Shown here: positions 50,057-64,000 of the stretch, in pieces
Numbering within the stretch: the first letter of the stretch is position 1
Layout of the letters: every line of letters starts with the position of its first letter
From: Lingula anatina
Taxonomy: Eukaryota; Animalia; Brachiopoda
DNA length: 64,000 nucleotides
Assembly (NCBI GenBank): GCA_051362555.1
Contig: CM120640.1
Location: 31,825,967 to 31,889,966 of the forward strand
Reading direction: 5' to 3'
Notes under the pieces: generated by a model
Database searches by the model: none
Told to the model about the DNA's origin: nothing
The model's input: the letters and a program-made list of their open reading frames with translations, nothing else
Position numbers and translations under genes: made by a program

Positions 50057-53000
50057 TGCGTTTCTAGGAGATGTCCAGCAGCGTAGGTTAAAACATGAAA
50101 GCAACCATGGGGAATTCAGGGCAGGAATAAGGCAAATGGAAAAGAAAGGAAATGAACAGCCAATAAACGATGCGAAGAGCATATACATATGTCTTTGCAG
50201 TTTCGTAAATGTTTTATTGTCTGTATGGGGGCAGATGACAGACGGGACAGAAACAATTTTTCTATACATGTTTCCTTGTAATAAATTTTCATTATTTTAC
50301 CCCACTCACGCAATAAAAGGCCCCATAAAATCGAGCAATGCACATTTTAGCACTCTATACTCAACGATGCAAGGGAATTGTTTTCAGTCACACAGTTCAA
50401 AGCAGTGTTTGGTCGTAGGTTGAGCGTCCAGAATAAATGGACCCTACAGTTTCCTTTTATCTAAATCCCTTTTTAAGGCCAGTAATTGATTTTGTTTCTT
50501 TTCATTTATCTAAGCACCTTTTCTTTCTCAGTTACTGATGTTGTTTGATTGGAAAGAAATACTTCGACATTCTTCGTCAATTTGGGTGCATGTTTGTAAA
50601 TTCCACGAGACAAAATTGGCGAAAATTAAAATATAACAGTATTTGCCACAAGTTTGTGGAAACTCAAAAGGCTGCTCAATATGTATGTGAGAAAAAATTG
50701 TCTAAGTTTAGGAAATATGCATGATAAGCATTTATTTTTGTAAATATTGAGTAGAATTGACACATTTCCTGTGATATACAGTCAAAGGTATCAAAAGCGA
50801 CTATCAAATTAAAACGTACTGCAGCAAACATTTAAGAACAAATTCTCAAAATCATTATTCATTTGTAGAAAAAAAACTAATGTACAAACCTTAATAATAA
50901 AACAGAGAAGAAAAAACAGGTCTTATTCAACTGAATTATAACTTGGTTTCTGCAATGTTATAAATAATGTAAAAGTATATTTATCAACTCCTATGTACGT
51001 CAGAATGTCTAAAATATTCCTTTTTCATTTAACCCTCTAACTTCAAACGTTGTTTGACATGTACATGTACATGCTGTTGGTCGTGTAATTGCCAATCTTA
51101 CACTAAATGATTAATATACATTAAGATTTAAATGCTCGAATTCCTGGTAAATTATATTGTTAATGCTCATTTGGGAAAGGCTGTAAATAGTGCGCACTGG
51201 TTAATGGTTCAAGTAATGCACAATAAAGGGTACTTTGATAGCTTTGTGATATTCAATTTTCTAGCCTCTCTCTGAATGTGTAGTCGAGTATTGTTCTATG
51301 TGCATGTATCAGTCTGCTGGAAAAGTGATGGCTAGATTTGCCTTAAAGCACAACCCTACATCATGTATACGCAAAGACATTAAAGATGATACCATTATTT
51401 TTACGGATTGTCTCAGATGGTTCATATTTGTTGCCGGTGGTCAGTTCAGCTTAGTTAGACTATTGGCTCAGGTAATATACCAAATGACCCAGAAATGATG
51501 ATCCTGGTTGGGGTCGACCTTCATGCATCTTCGCTTTCTTCAATGAAACCGCTACTGTGTTTTGATAACTTAAAGATGCTCTTTTATGACAACTTTATCA
51601 TTGATCAGACGAATGTGCGTCCAACTTTTCAAAATGTCAACATTAGGGTTTCGTATATTCACTTGGGAAAATGCCTGCAAGTGCACGCAACGAAATAAAA
51701 TGGTTTTAAACGCCAAAATAGTTTGTCCTGTATCATTAATTTAGTGAACAAAGCACGTTAATGAAGATGAACAAAATATCCTTCCTCGTCCATTAAATTT
51801 ACCCCGTACCAGAGCCGCAGATTAATTATGTTCACTTTTCCGTAGCGGAGATTTGTGTCATGAGTTAGAGACATTTCTGCGATTATCTAATGAAAAATCA
51901 ATCTGTGACCCCGGTATAGATTACTTTAAATCAGTATTACCTAACAACAGCGCATCTTGCAGTCGCTGTAAATTACACAAATCTTATTTTGCTGTGCTAC
52001 ATGTATGATCCCCCGATGAAGTCGTCTTGATAGAGGCTGAAATAATAGAGTAGTAAAAAATCTGAGTATAGCCTTGTATAGCTTTGGTTTCAAGAAACTA
52101 TTATTGTAACTTGACCAACGCCATGAATATTTCTCCACCACGCTGTTTGGATTCTTGTTTAAAAATTTGTTTGTCACTTATGTTGGCTATAGGCCTACCA
52201 ATTCACCTACGAGTTTAACTAATGGCGAATTTGATAAATTGCCTAAAATATCACTCACCTTGAAACATTTTGTAAACTTTAAGGTCCTTATTTTGGATTT
52301 AGATTTCATTGTCTTTGACATATACTCTGCATCTATTTCCCCAATTTACAGTCTTCATTGCCTCTTTACAAGCCACCTTGGACACATTATCAAAATTTCA
52401 TATTCTATAATATACATAGAGATATATATCTATATGCTATGTACACGTTACATGGTTTTTATTAGACGATAACTAAATGAGCTGTAACCGAGATGAAATT
52501 GCATTATACTAGATAATGACAGTTTTCTCTCGGGATATAAGCGAAATGTGGTTTAACCTGGGGAGTTGTTTTATCGCTATAACATCATTTGCATTCATTA
52601 ATCAAAAGGACTAGGTTCATATTGATTCTGAAAAAACTAGGACATATATAACATTTTGATGATATTTTTGGTGGATATGATATATGGGCCGGTGATAGGT
52701 CTACAATGTAGAATAGTTCTTCTGCGATTGAATTGCAGTGGGACAGGTAAACACTATATATAGCGTGACGGCAACCTCAGCGTCTCTTGGCGGATTATTT
52801 CTGCAAGTAAATGTCAGAACGTGCCTGTATATATATATATACGCGGAGATTTTACTGTCCGGGCGTTCGAGATTTTCTTCCATCTGCTTCTTCTACATTC
52901 TTATCATCTGTCGTCTTAGAAATCAACACAAGAAAAAAACGAGAGATTTTAGTTGAAATTGTTTAAAATGATGTGGGGAAGCACCAAAGTGGCCATTTTG

Positions 53001-54340
53001 CTTTACGCAAAGTGCACAGCAGAAGAATACAAAATAAATATTATCAGTTTAAGGGCCCGTTTTTATATCATACAATTGCTGATCTTTACAGAAAGTAAAC
53101 ACATGTGTTAGGTGCATGTGACCTAAAACACAGAGGCACATGTGCAAGAACTGAATGTGTGCAGGTGCGCCCGCTACGTTCAGTTGATCTATGTTTCATT
53201 CGAAACAGCTCAATTCCCCATATTTCATCGGCGAGCGGGAAAAACTGCAGGCCGACACGTGAACTGCATCGGAATGATTTCCCAGAACATTAGAAGCTAT
53301 GGCGGTTTGAAAGCCTTTCCAGCAGTCAATCATGGTTAGTTGAAGGGAAGAAGCAGGGGTGTTCGATTGACCATGGATTTATCATTATTTCAGGAAGTGC
53401 ATTTCGCTGGTCTGAGCTGCAACGGTTACTTATGACAAGGTAAGTTTTTTATTTTGGGTCTAAAATGGCGTTAAGCAAGCTTTTTATAGCATAAGTAAAT
53501 CTTGTAGCTAACAGTGTGCCTACAATTTGCATTCCATGGTCCAACTTTCCTCCTTTGAATTTGAAAACAATCGCATTGTGTTGTTGTCTTCGTTTTTCAT
53601 CAGCCCGCTCGCTTTCGCGGAGAACGATGCAGCAATTAAGATGAACAAAAATCTCGACATCTCTGCAACTAAAAGACAGCAGTAATCAAGTTTCCTCTGT
53701 CTATATTTTATTTTTTCTGACAGCCATGGAACACGTTAATCATTCTGCATCTGTGTCCTGAAAACCTGTATTACCATTCATTCTGTGGCTTACTGCCTAT
53801 CCCTTATGACCCAGGTACTTTCAGCAAATTCGGTTTTCTTAACATAATATGCCATGATTCTGCGTCGTACTGATTAATATGTTTCCACGGCAAAAAGCGC
53901 TCATGATTAATAACATAAAGCCGGATCATTACAGAGATGATTGGACATTTACTTTGCGGTCTCTCACAACCTCTGTAAGTTATGGACGCCATGGCTCCAC
54001 TGCCAAGCAGACGTGGAAAGATCGCGTTGCTTAGGAAAGTAGGGAAATGCAGAAAATAGCTACCGAGGCCCGGTTACACGTAACTGCTCTGTCAGTTATA
54101 CCAACATTCCTGCCAGTAGCTCAGTAGATCCGCAAATCTGTTTTTCACTGCATCAGGCAATTTCCTTTACAAAGAAACAGTGATGGGGTTTTCGAGGAAG
54201 GAATTTTACAATCGTAGATCTAGGCCTCATGTCTAGGGACGAAGGGAGAACGTATAGCCCCGCTGAAGGAAACAGCGACTTTTGTGTTGCTCGCCATCAG
54301 TCAGATTGACGGGGCTAAGGTAGATCTAGGGGCAGTACAT

Positions 54341-54536
54341 TATAAAGAGCAGCGTCACGAAGAAAACCCAGCCTCTCGTCAGAGAGACTGATAGGCATCA
54401 TTTTATACGAGGTAGGTATTTAAATGATTTAATTGTAAATGCGCCCAGGTGATCGCATGCGAGCTAGAGAGCTCTTCTTTTACGATTTTGGGTTGGCCCT
54501 CTTTAGCATATACTTATCTGACGGTTGGTTTACAAG
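54341..54536 (+). promoter_or_regulatory. TATA box and putative non-coding first exon of the TLR
   Basis: tataaagagcagcgtcacga, donor ttacaag|gtaggt at 54536, and acceptor tttctttctttttcag at 55236. Confidence 0.6.
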
Positions 54537-55311
54537 GTAGGTAGAAAGTGAGAGCAATGTTAATACAGGCGAACTAATTTTACAAAGTAAGCTAAAAGAT
54601 AATCTGAAAAAAACCTTGACTGCTATACAGATAATAATACTAGTATATAATTGTACTGGTCTTATGTTTCTAAAAATAGCAATCAACAACATAATAACTG
54701 CAATGTGGGGCAAAATGTAGATCATGGTTTGTGTTATGCCCATTCCAAGTATGTACCGTTATTATTTTTATCTTTATTTAACGTGTGTGTGTGTGTGTGT
54801 GTTTACTAAGTGTCGTGCTGCAATGTTTTCATGCCACAGGACATGTAGGTATCACATACAGCTTCTGTTTGATAATAAAAGAAAATCCAAAATTGATCGA
54901 ATGTATGCAACGTAGCCTTTGCATGTGTGACATAGTTAACGCACAATGACATATTAAGGTGATGTCCCTTGTGTTTATCTTTTCATAAGCATAACATCTA
55001 CACAGTCAAATAGGTGATTTTTGAAAATGTCTATCTTATTTTCGAAACAGCTTACTTTGAAAATAAAGCAATTCCCTAAGAGGGCATATTGTATAAATAA
55101 TATAATGGCTTCCACAGTATCTACGTACAGTTTTGACATGAGCAGATCAATAGAAGGATGCTATCAGTTTGGAAAAAAGAAAAAAGTCAAGGGCTACCAA
55201 AATACCTTAAGGTTATCAAATTTCTTTCTTTTTCAGAAAACAAATGTTGAATATCAGTTAATCATTTGGTTGAAGCAGGCGGTTCAGAAAGCAGCAGACG
55301 ACAGTTCATCG

Positions 55312-57327
55312 ATGACGTCCTGGATAAAACTGAAATCTGTCCTTGCAGTTCTGGAGTTGTTTTTCCTAGCTTGGTTTACCGCTGCTTGGCACACCCTGGG
55401 CAGCGAGTTAGGGGACCAAAACGAAGCACATACAGGGCCGGCATCGCGATCTGACATTGGTAACGCGACAGATTCACCACCTTACTACGAAGAGCAGCTG
55501 AAGATCGTCCGTTCTCTAAATGGTTCGTTCATCCCGGTTCCCTGGCACTTCTGTGATGTTTCTTATCCATCCGACGAGTCGATTAACGTCTCGTGTGAAA
55601 TTCCTGCTAATGGTCATTTATCTCTGAAAAAATATCAGAGTTGGATTAAAACAGTCAATAGGACAAACCGACTTAAGGTTAAATGTGACAGTGGCGGGAA
55701 TATATCAGCACCATGGCCAATGAAAGTGTCTGGTCTTCAAGCTTTGGAAATTGAAGGATGCAACGTGAAAGATTATCTCCGCCACCAAGCATTTGGTGAC
55801 TACTACTCATATACAGGCCCAGATGTTCTAAAGGTTTTAAAGATCTTCAATTCAGTTCTGTATTCAGATTTTCTGAGTCTAAATCAAACATTTCACAGAA
55901 AAGACGGAAACAGAGAAACCGAATGCGGTTCTCTTGAACTGCACGAATTACGCATGCGTGACATTAAAATTGGTTTCGAGCCAATGCCGAAGATTTCATT
56001 TCAATCAAAAGAAAATAACTCAACAAATAATTCAACTCTGAAAACTATCAAAAGTCACAGCAAGCCTAAATTAAACGGGACCCTCCGACAACCCCAACAT
56101 TGGTGTTCATATAATCATATGGAGATTGTAGAATTTTCAAACTATGCTTATTTTAGGGTGTTTTTCATAACTATTTTCGTACGGAGTCACGGATATCCCG
56201 CGCTGCATACTCTTATTGCTGTCAGGAACAATATCACTGTCTTTCCACAAGAACTCACCGCTACTTTACTGAACTTTCCAAAGCTTCGATACGTGGACCT
56301 TCGTTACAACAGTATCAAGGAGTTGAAAATACCGCGAGGATCTAATCGTGTCTTTGACCTGCGGCACAATGACATCAAAGACCTGACAATAGAAAATGCC
56401 AATGCGATGTCAGGGCGATATGCAGCCCATGTGGATTTTCGGAACAACCCAATTGATTGTGGGTGCAACAATTCTGATGCCGTTAAACATTTAAGGAGTG
56501 AAGCTGTCCGTAATAAACTTGACAAATCAACATACCGCTTCTTGTATGACATCCCTTGCCACCACGGGGAGACAACCACGACGATTCGGTCTATCAACCT
56601 GGACGACTTAAACGAATGTTTTATTATCCGTCACAAAAGCATTATTCCTTGGATAGTACTAGGGTTATTAGCCTGTTTGGTGGTTTTGACGGCCATATTA
56701 ACTGTGTACTTTCGGCGAGAAATTCAAATTCTTCTGTTCACGAGGTTGAAATGTCGTTGTTTTAAGTCTCGATTTTCGTGTCCACCCAAAAGATTCGACG
56801 CCTTCGTTTCCTACAACAGTGGCGACGAACACTGGATAGTCCATACATTAGCTCCAAAACTAGAGAACCAAAAGCCTCCCTTCAGACTTTGCTTGCATTA
56901 CCGAGATTTTATCGTAGGTGCAGCGATTGCGGAAAACATCATCGAAAGTATCGAGGCCAGCAGGCATACAATTATGGTGTTATCTGAGAATTTCTTAAAA
57001 AGTGAGTGGTGTTTAATGGAATTCCGAGCAGCTTATCATCAAGGGCTCCGAGAGAGAAATAAGCATTTAATCGCCATAGTATTAGAGGACATATTGCTGG
57101 ATGACATCGAGGCCGACCTTCGTTCTCACTTGAGAACAACGACTTACTTGAAAGTATCAGATAAATGGTTCTGGGACAAATTAATATATTGCTTGTCCAG
57201 GAATCCACATGACGAAAATTCCAAAAAGAAAACAAAAACAAAACTATCTAAGACGTCAAAGGAAATAAATTCGAATTCATGGAACAGGACGCGGGATTTA
57301 AAAATAGATGACGTCAGTACTGTTTAG
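55312..57327 (+). CDS. Toll-like receptor (LRR-LRRCT-TM-TIR), 671 aa
   Basis: The start MTSWI matches the paralog and follows a splice acceptor at 55236. TIR box 1 FDAFVSY, box 2 LCLHYRDFIVG, SENFLKSEWC..EF, and box 3 FWDKL. Confidence 0.93.
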   Translation: MTSWIKLKSVLAVLELFFLAWFTAAWHTLGSELGDQNEAHTGPASRSDIGNATDSPPYYEEQLKIVRSLNGSFIPVPWHFCDVSYPSDESINVSCEIPANGHLSLKKYQSWIKTVNRTNRLKVKCDSGGNISAPWPMKVSGLQALEIEGCNVKDYLRHQAFGDYYSYTGPDVLKVLKIFNSVLYSDFLSLNQTFHRKDGNRETECGSLELHELRMRDIKIGFEPMPKISFQSKENNSTNNSTLKTIKSHSKPKLNGTLRQPQHWCSYNHMEIVEFSNYAYFRVFFITIFVRSHGYPALHTLIAVRNNITVFPQELTATLLNFPKLRYVDLRYNSIKELKIPRGSNRVFDLRHNDIKDLTIENANAMSGRYAAHVDFRNNPIDCGCNNSDAVKHLRSEAVRNKLDKSTYRFLYDIPCHHGETTTTIRSINLDDLNECFIIRHKSIIPWIVLGLLACLVVLTAILTVYFRREIQILLFTRLKCRCFKSRFSCPPKRFDAFVSYNSGDEHWIVHTLAPKLENQKPPFRLCLHYRDFIVGAAIAENIIESIEASRHTIMVLSENFLKSEWCLMEFRAAYHQGLRERNKHLIAIVLEDILLDDIEADLRSHLRTTTYLKVSDKWFWDKLIYCLSRNPHDENSKKKTKTKLSKTSKEINSNSWNRTRDLKIDDVSTV

Positions 57328-60316
57328 TATTTTTGGTAATTGACAATTTTCCGTTTCAAAAGACAGGGCATTTAATAATAATTTGAAAATGGAAAGGTCC
57401 AAATAACATTGAGGGCAAGTAATTTTACGGCCATTTTGTCTATGACGTGGACACAAATACTTTTTGTCTGTGTGCTATTATTTCCATTTATACCCGTTTT
57501 CGAAATATTGAACTGAAAAAGACTTTCCTACCATGTCGCATTGTATAAACGAACCTTTATCTATCTTAAAATACAATTGTATAAGGTGTTTCGCCATCCC
57601 TTAACCAATGGCCGAATTGTTGGAGAAAAGGCGCAGAGGAGATAAGGCAAATCGCTCAACATTCCACTCAATGTGATGTTACCGTTATGTCATTAGTATT
57701 TACAGTCTCACAAAAATAGGTAGTGCCCATTGTAGCCTCATACTTTAGATTATATAATATTATTCAGTGGTATTTCAATTTGTACCACTACATGGCATTG
57801 ACTCTCGCGCACTTAAGTGCATTAACCTTAGCTCTATATATTCTCTCTCTAATCATAATCGAGCAGTGACAATAGTAAAAATTCTTTGGCATATATCCTA
57901 ACCTATTATATCTATTTTGAACCGCCCCGGAACAAATGCAAACACATTTCAGTTATGGTGGATGAAATATACAAGTCAATTATGTTTTGTTATCTAAATT
58001 CGATTTTTCTTATACTAAATTTATACATCCAATTCATACAAGGTGTGTGAAATAGCAGTAAGCCTACTTAAGAAATGTCCATATTATGTAATCCATTACT
58101 TGGAGCGTTCATTTCTCTATTATGAGGACAGGGCAGTCCGGATGCTACGTTTAGTCAGGAGTGGGATTTATGATTAATTTTAATATACAGTGGCATATTA
58201 GAAGAAATACAAGAAGTTATGATATGATACTCATTTTAAAGGTCCACTTGTAACACAGGTCTTTATAACGTACCCATTAAATTTTAGATGCAGTCGATCA
58301 CCATTTATGCTTTCATAAAGGCGGCGGTTAATGCCAGCAAAGGAACTGCAAAAATTGCGGTGTTCCTGTGTGTGGTGAAACCATTTTGTATACCACCAGG
58401 ATTTTAACAAAGTTTATCTGTCTGAACTCCACTTGTTTGTTTTTTGTTTATCTTACAGTATTGATTTTTTAGAATGAGTAAAAGAGAGAAAAAGGAGAGA
58501 GAGCCAATATGATGTCAACATTCCATTACAAACCGTTTCATTAACTTTTAATGTTCCCAAATAATGAATCTTACAGAGGTTTTGTTTAAGTATATATCTT
58601 TTTTTATAAATCCCCTAGAAAAGTCACAACTACGTTACGAGTTCCCCTGCCCCCCCCCCCCCTCCCCCACTTGTAATCCTTATATAACGGCATTAAAGCA
58701 TCCGAACGTATTTTTTTCTGACAAATGTCTTGGTTTAAGAATGCAAATTTCCTGTGCAACAGACGTTGCCTTTCAAGTACAGTTGCCTTTGGCTACGATG
58801 AAACCTTTCTTAATGCCAATTAGTCCCAAAACATTCAAATTTTAATTTTGTCTTAACGAGCTTTTGAATCTTCACAGAACCAAGAGCCTCAGAGAAATCA
58901 CCCAGCTAATACAGCAGACGATCGTCTACTGTCAGTGGCTTTAAATAATGAGTGGCACGCCGGATACGATAATAAAGGACATGTATTGCATTAAAAATCG
59001 TTGGGTATTCATCCGCCGTGCTTCCTGTCACCCATAAATAGGTTCGGACAAGTAAATACCATTATACGCATTGGCTTCGAGTCTCACGTTGAGAGTAATT
59101 TCTATCTAAAGCGACTACTAGGTTAAATTGATTCGATAAAGCAGTAACATATTTTCGCAAGGGAAAATCTATAATGATAATTTAAAGTAATTGATATATG
59201 ATACTGAAAGTATTATGCGTGTTTTACACGTTCAAGCTGGTAACCGGACAATTGAGTCGAATTGCTCTTCTTTTTTCGAAGGCACCGCATTACTTGATAT
59301 ATCGAAACGAAAAAAAGCCGAACTAAAAATATTAATGTAATTTGATAAATTTTTACATTGTACTTCATGTTATTGTATTTGCTGTATAAAGAAAGTATGA
59401 CTCAATGGCTTCAGTAATATCTCTACAATGCTCAATACAGAGATCTTAGTCCAAGATAAATAAATAAATAAATAATAAACGTTCAGCTGGATCTGTTATC
59501 TTCAAATAAGGTAAACATTGGTCTTTTACTGAATCACAACCTCTTTCACCATCGAAATGCGAATCCTGACCTTTTCCAGAAATAAATTTATCCCAAAGTT
59601 TTGAAACATGATCATTTTATCACCCGAAGCACTTCCTCTATAAATTCTAACTATAGTTAACCGGTAGGTACATGTAGACACTAATGTAGTTACTATAACT
59701 TCAATCAAGGAATTGTGAATCCGGCCACCCGTCTGTATGAGTTCGAATCTTACTGTTTCAAATGCATTTGTGTGACTTAAATGGCGTGAGACATTCTGAA
59801 AGTAAATTTTATTTATCATCTTTACGTGCGCTTCGGCAGTATGGATGAAGGATACCTTCCAATCTTTCAAGAGACACAAACCGTTAAATTTCGTTATCAA
59901 ATTCTGTAACATAAGCATATATTTTTATTGGACTTATTAACACATATTTTGAGTCATAAAATACCCCCCCCCCCCCCGCCAACCCCTATTCCCACCCGCT
60001 GTCGGTGATAATAAAAAGTGTACCGTCAGTTTTATTCATTACACTTAAAATCCTGCTAGTTAACCCGTAACGCAGGCAATAAAATGGGATGGTAAACGTA
60101 TCACAATATGACTGTGGTTTATTGTTGTGCATGACAATTTTTACAATCTCGATTTTCAATACGGGCTTATTGTTTGGCAGATGTAAAATAGAGAATTTGT
60201 TAAGTCAAAAATTAAGAGGGAATAGATATCATCAAATAGAACTCGTTTGATGCCGTAAACTGAATGCCCCTGCGTTGGCGGCATGTATGGGTCGTTATGT
60301 TTCATCAGCCAACTTT

Positions 60317-60445
60317 TCTTGCCTTTTAACTCGTATAGATAATGGATACCCCTTAAATGGACAGTAGGCAAATCTAAAATCTTGCCTTTTAACTCGTATA
60401 GATAATGGATACCCCTAAAATGGACAGTAGGCAAATCTAAAATCT
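60317..60445. repeat. 63-bp tandem duplication
   Basis: tcttgccttttaactcgtatagataatggatacccct.aaatggacagtaggcaaatctaaaa occurs twice. Confidence 0.9.
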
Positions 60446-61912
60446 TATTTTTAGTAAGTCACTGCTTCCTTTTTTTTTTATTTTGGTAATAAATATTAGA
60501 GTTTATAGGTAGAGCATTTAGATTTTTTACAATGTAAGTGCTATCATAAATGTAAAAAGAATAGTAAAATTGAAAGATTCTACTTCCCTCTACACACCCA
60601 ATGGAGTTGCGGGCAGCCCAAGCACTAAGACTGCAGTAATGTAGCAATGAACAGACGTTGTGCGTGCAACAAATATTGAGAGTGAATGTCCAAAAGGCAA
60701 AACACTGGTATTAATGAAAATCTATGCCGTGATCACTTTCGAAATTTCAAATACTTCACTGAAACTTTCTGATGAAAAGTCAATATTTGGCCATTTTCTC
60801 AAATTAGCCGTCTCCAATGGCAAAGAGCACAGCGAACACGTTACTGATATTGACTGGGTCATTGACAGCACAGGAGAAACACATCTGCGCATGCGCCACA
60901 CGAAATACAATCAGGTGATGCAGGAGGTTTTTGGTAAATTGGAGATTGTTAATTTCTAAAAAATCATTTGAAAGACCTTAATTGGTCAAACAATATATAT
61001 TTTTTGTCAACATATATTTTAATTGGTCAAACAACATGGCTTTCGTCAACATATATTTTGTATTAGTTGTCATCGAAAATCATCGAAATAATATTTGAAA
61101 ACTTGTGATGCTTGCATTTTTACAGTATCAATTTAGTTTTTTATGGCTTCACTCCTTTCCATTTCCCTTTTAAATTTCCTTTGCCTGCACTCACTGGTAA
61201 CGCTTTTTAGCAGATCTCCACAGATCTTCACAATTCAAATCATGTTGCAATCGATAAAAGACTCAGGAAGGTGGGCTTTTTGGACGAGATGACCTGACTC
61301 CCATTATCAATATAGATACAAGCATATCAAGTGTTTCTACGCCACTTTTAGTCTTCTTGATGAATATTCAACAATATGCTTTATTGTAGTTTGCCAGTGT
61401 CAAATTGTTTGTAGAATTTCTCTATTAAACAATACCAGAGACATTGCTGCATGCACAGGCCTTTGACGCATGTGTTGTCCCAGACACCTTTCCCACCAAA
61501 AGCTACAACTTAGCTATTGCGAAGTCAACCGCAGTCCAAGGTCGATGTGTGGCCGTGTTTTACAAAGAGACATTAGCAGCGGTTGTATCAATAACGAGTA
61601 GGCACCAAATGAAGTTTAGGTTTAACATAATTCTCTATGTTCCCACATGTAGTGACCTCTCTTCTACTCCCAATACCTTCAGTTACGAGTATTTCTCAGC
61701 AAGAAAACGATGGATCGATGTTCACAGGAATCGAAATACTTAACATCATAATTTTTTGTCCAAAGAGACTCGATCTAACTGAAGATTGAGATTAGGAGTA
61801 TATTGGCCTATGTCGTGCATGTTATAATGGTAAGCCATAGAACAGAAAGGCAATGATTGACAAAAGTACCCAAACAAATGAACAAAACGAAAGTGAAATT
61901 CGCCGTCGCCTG

Positions 61913-61947
<35 letters not shown>

Positions 61948-62825
61948 CAGTTTTGTTGCGATTAAGCCTCCCTTTTTTTTCTACTCGTATCTCACTGGCA
62001 ACTACAGCCTGTGTTGGAAAGAAATGATTCATTCTTTTTCTGTTGTATGAATTGATTTTATTTCAAAATGGTAATATCATTGTCATAGATTAGTTTGGTT
62101 TACAATTCATTTCCCTGGCACATTTAAGCAACACTAACTGAGCTCTAGGTCGTCTAGAAAAGAACTTGTTTGTCAGTTTTTTTTTTTAATTCTCTTGTCA
62201 GTACAGAGAGGTGATTTTTTTCGTCCTACCGCTTGCCAATCTTATAAGGCGGAGCGCCATACCAAACCGATGTAACGAAACTGAGTGTCTGTGTAACAGA
62301 AAGTCAGCGCTTTCCATTTAGTTATAGCGGTTAGGGTTAGCCTGACCTAAGTGGGTCAAAATCTAGGACGAGGCTTACCTGTAGGCCTACAAATGAATGG
62401 GAAGCGGACTTTCTATCATGTGGGACTCTCTGTCACGTTACACGGCTCTCTTGTATTAAAGGTGTTTGACCAGTGCAAGGGATCGTTATATGTTGGGCTT
62501 TGTCTCATAATAGAGTGCCCGATCAGTGCGCCCTGACTTTATAAACTGCACTTTGAATTTTGCTGTTTCATTCTCACACGTTTGTCTTCATATTAAACCG
62601 AACCGTGACCTAATAACGTCAGATGTTACGTGTACCTGAGGTAAACCGTCAACATAAAGGCCATTTAATTATACTGAACTGAGAATGCTTTCTTAAAATT
62701 TCCAAAGCTTGTTGTACATGTATGTTATGCTTATATACAAGTTCAAATCGCGGAGACTAGCGTATAATGTCTGAACGATAACGGATTTATACGCATAAAT
62801 TCCGTTTTACGAAGGCAATATTATC

Positions 62826-62877
<52 letters not shown>

Positions 62878-64000
62878 TCGAGCTGTGTATCACGTTGATT
62901 ACAGATACGCTACATTAGAGTGATTTATGCCCTTTGCATGTGTAACATCATACCAATACATTAATAAGAAACTGGATTACTTTGTATGCTATATGTACAT
63001 CATTTATATTAAGAAGGGCATGTTTACGTGATGATTACAAAGTTTACAATGTATTTTTTTACTCTCAATTACAGTATGATTGTAAGACAAGTGCACTTAT
63101 ATTCACTTTGCTTTTCGATTCGCTTTTTTACATTCACGGTAGTCATGCATTGCTATGTGGTAAAATTGAATTGAGCTGATAAAGCATGTACGCGATTTCA
63201 AAGGATATATTATCATAATATGAATACAACTGGAATATACATGTAATTTGGCATATAATATAGTGGTTTTCTACTGATGCCACGTGTTTAATACACATTG
63301 ATGATGTTGGGTCTTGATAGCAATTTTCAATCCAGCTTTTTTAACATTAACACGAACAGTGTACCGGTGTAATGTGACAGAGAGTCCCCCAAGATAGAGA
63401 GTCCGCGTCCCATTCATTTGTATAGGTAGGCCTCGCCCTAGATTTTAACCCACTTAGGTCAGACAGCTAAATGGAGGGCGCACAATCTGTTACACGGACC
63501 CCCAGTTTCGTTACACCCACATTTTCAATCTTGACTACTTCTACTGCTTCGAACTTCATATTTTACTGAAGTTCCCCAAAAAATAAAATATGGGTTTAGT
63601 TCGGGAAAATTTGAAGTAAAACTAAAATTAAAATAAAAATAGAAATAGAAAAATAAGTAACTTAAAACCGTAAATATAATCAGATCATACTGATTTTTTG
63701 AAAAACATGCCTTTTAATGAAATAAAGCTTGTATTTATTACAGAAACAGTTTGACGCTTGTTGGCAAACGTGGCAGAAAATACATAAAGAGTACGCCCTG
63801 GTATATGGTGGAAAAAGAAATAAATAAATTTAAAAAAATTAAAAACTTTTATCCACGTATCACTTTACAACAAATCCTAATCTTCAGTCAGCCACCCGCA
63901 TTAGGCTGTAAAAGGTACTGGGTTAATAATAGCATACACCATAGCTGCACATCAGTGGGAATTAATTCTCAAGCGTGATCTTCAGATTCAGTAAAATAAA

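Noticed and set aside
53100-54200. kappaB-like sites and an extra donor (53439) upstream of the TLR
   Set aside because: Only partial consensus matches with no paralog conservation; cannot be supported.
55021-55311. 97-aa N-terminal extension of the TLR ORF
   Set aside because: It starts at TTG, crosses a splice acceptor at 55236, and the paralog and signal peptide begin at MTSWI.
57400-64000. Short ORFs in the distal region
   Set aside because: No recognisable motifs or consistent exon structure; treated as intergenic.

Overview
AT-rich eukaryotic DNA with spliceosomal introns and many transposons. The TE and TLR repertoire looks like a marine invertebrate, probably lophotrochozoan (inference). 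Two host-gene clusters sit on the + strand. (1) At 4-30 kb there are three tandem paralogs of a gene with 4 coding exons, which the ORF track splits up. Splicing gives 764, 764 and about 790 aa proteins built as UBL-UBL-acidic linker-long coiled coil-C-terminal domain. That domain carries an ExD...GExK...AxxQxxxY motif typical of PD-(D/E)xK restriction-endonuclease-like nucleases. Each copy has a conserved kappaB site upstream. (2) At 47-57 kb there is a pair of Toll-like receptor genes: one complete (LRR-TM-TIR), and one with the TIR domain removed in frame but the C-terminal tail kept. The roughly 15 kb between the clusters is a nested transposon pile (ISL2EU-like, MULE-like, a Penelope element with hammerhead-like pLTRs, an inverted MITE dimer). 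Flank homology suggests the two clusters were originally almost adjacent. Main hypothesis: an NF-kB-inducible, Crinkler-like UBL-nuclease immune effector family linked to a paired signalling/decoy TLR locus. All assignments were made by eye; no database searches were run.
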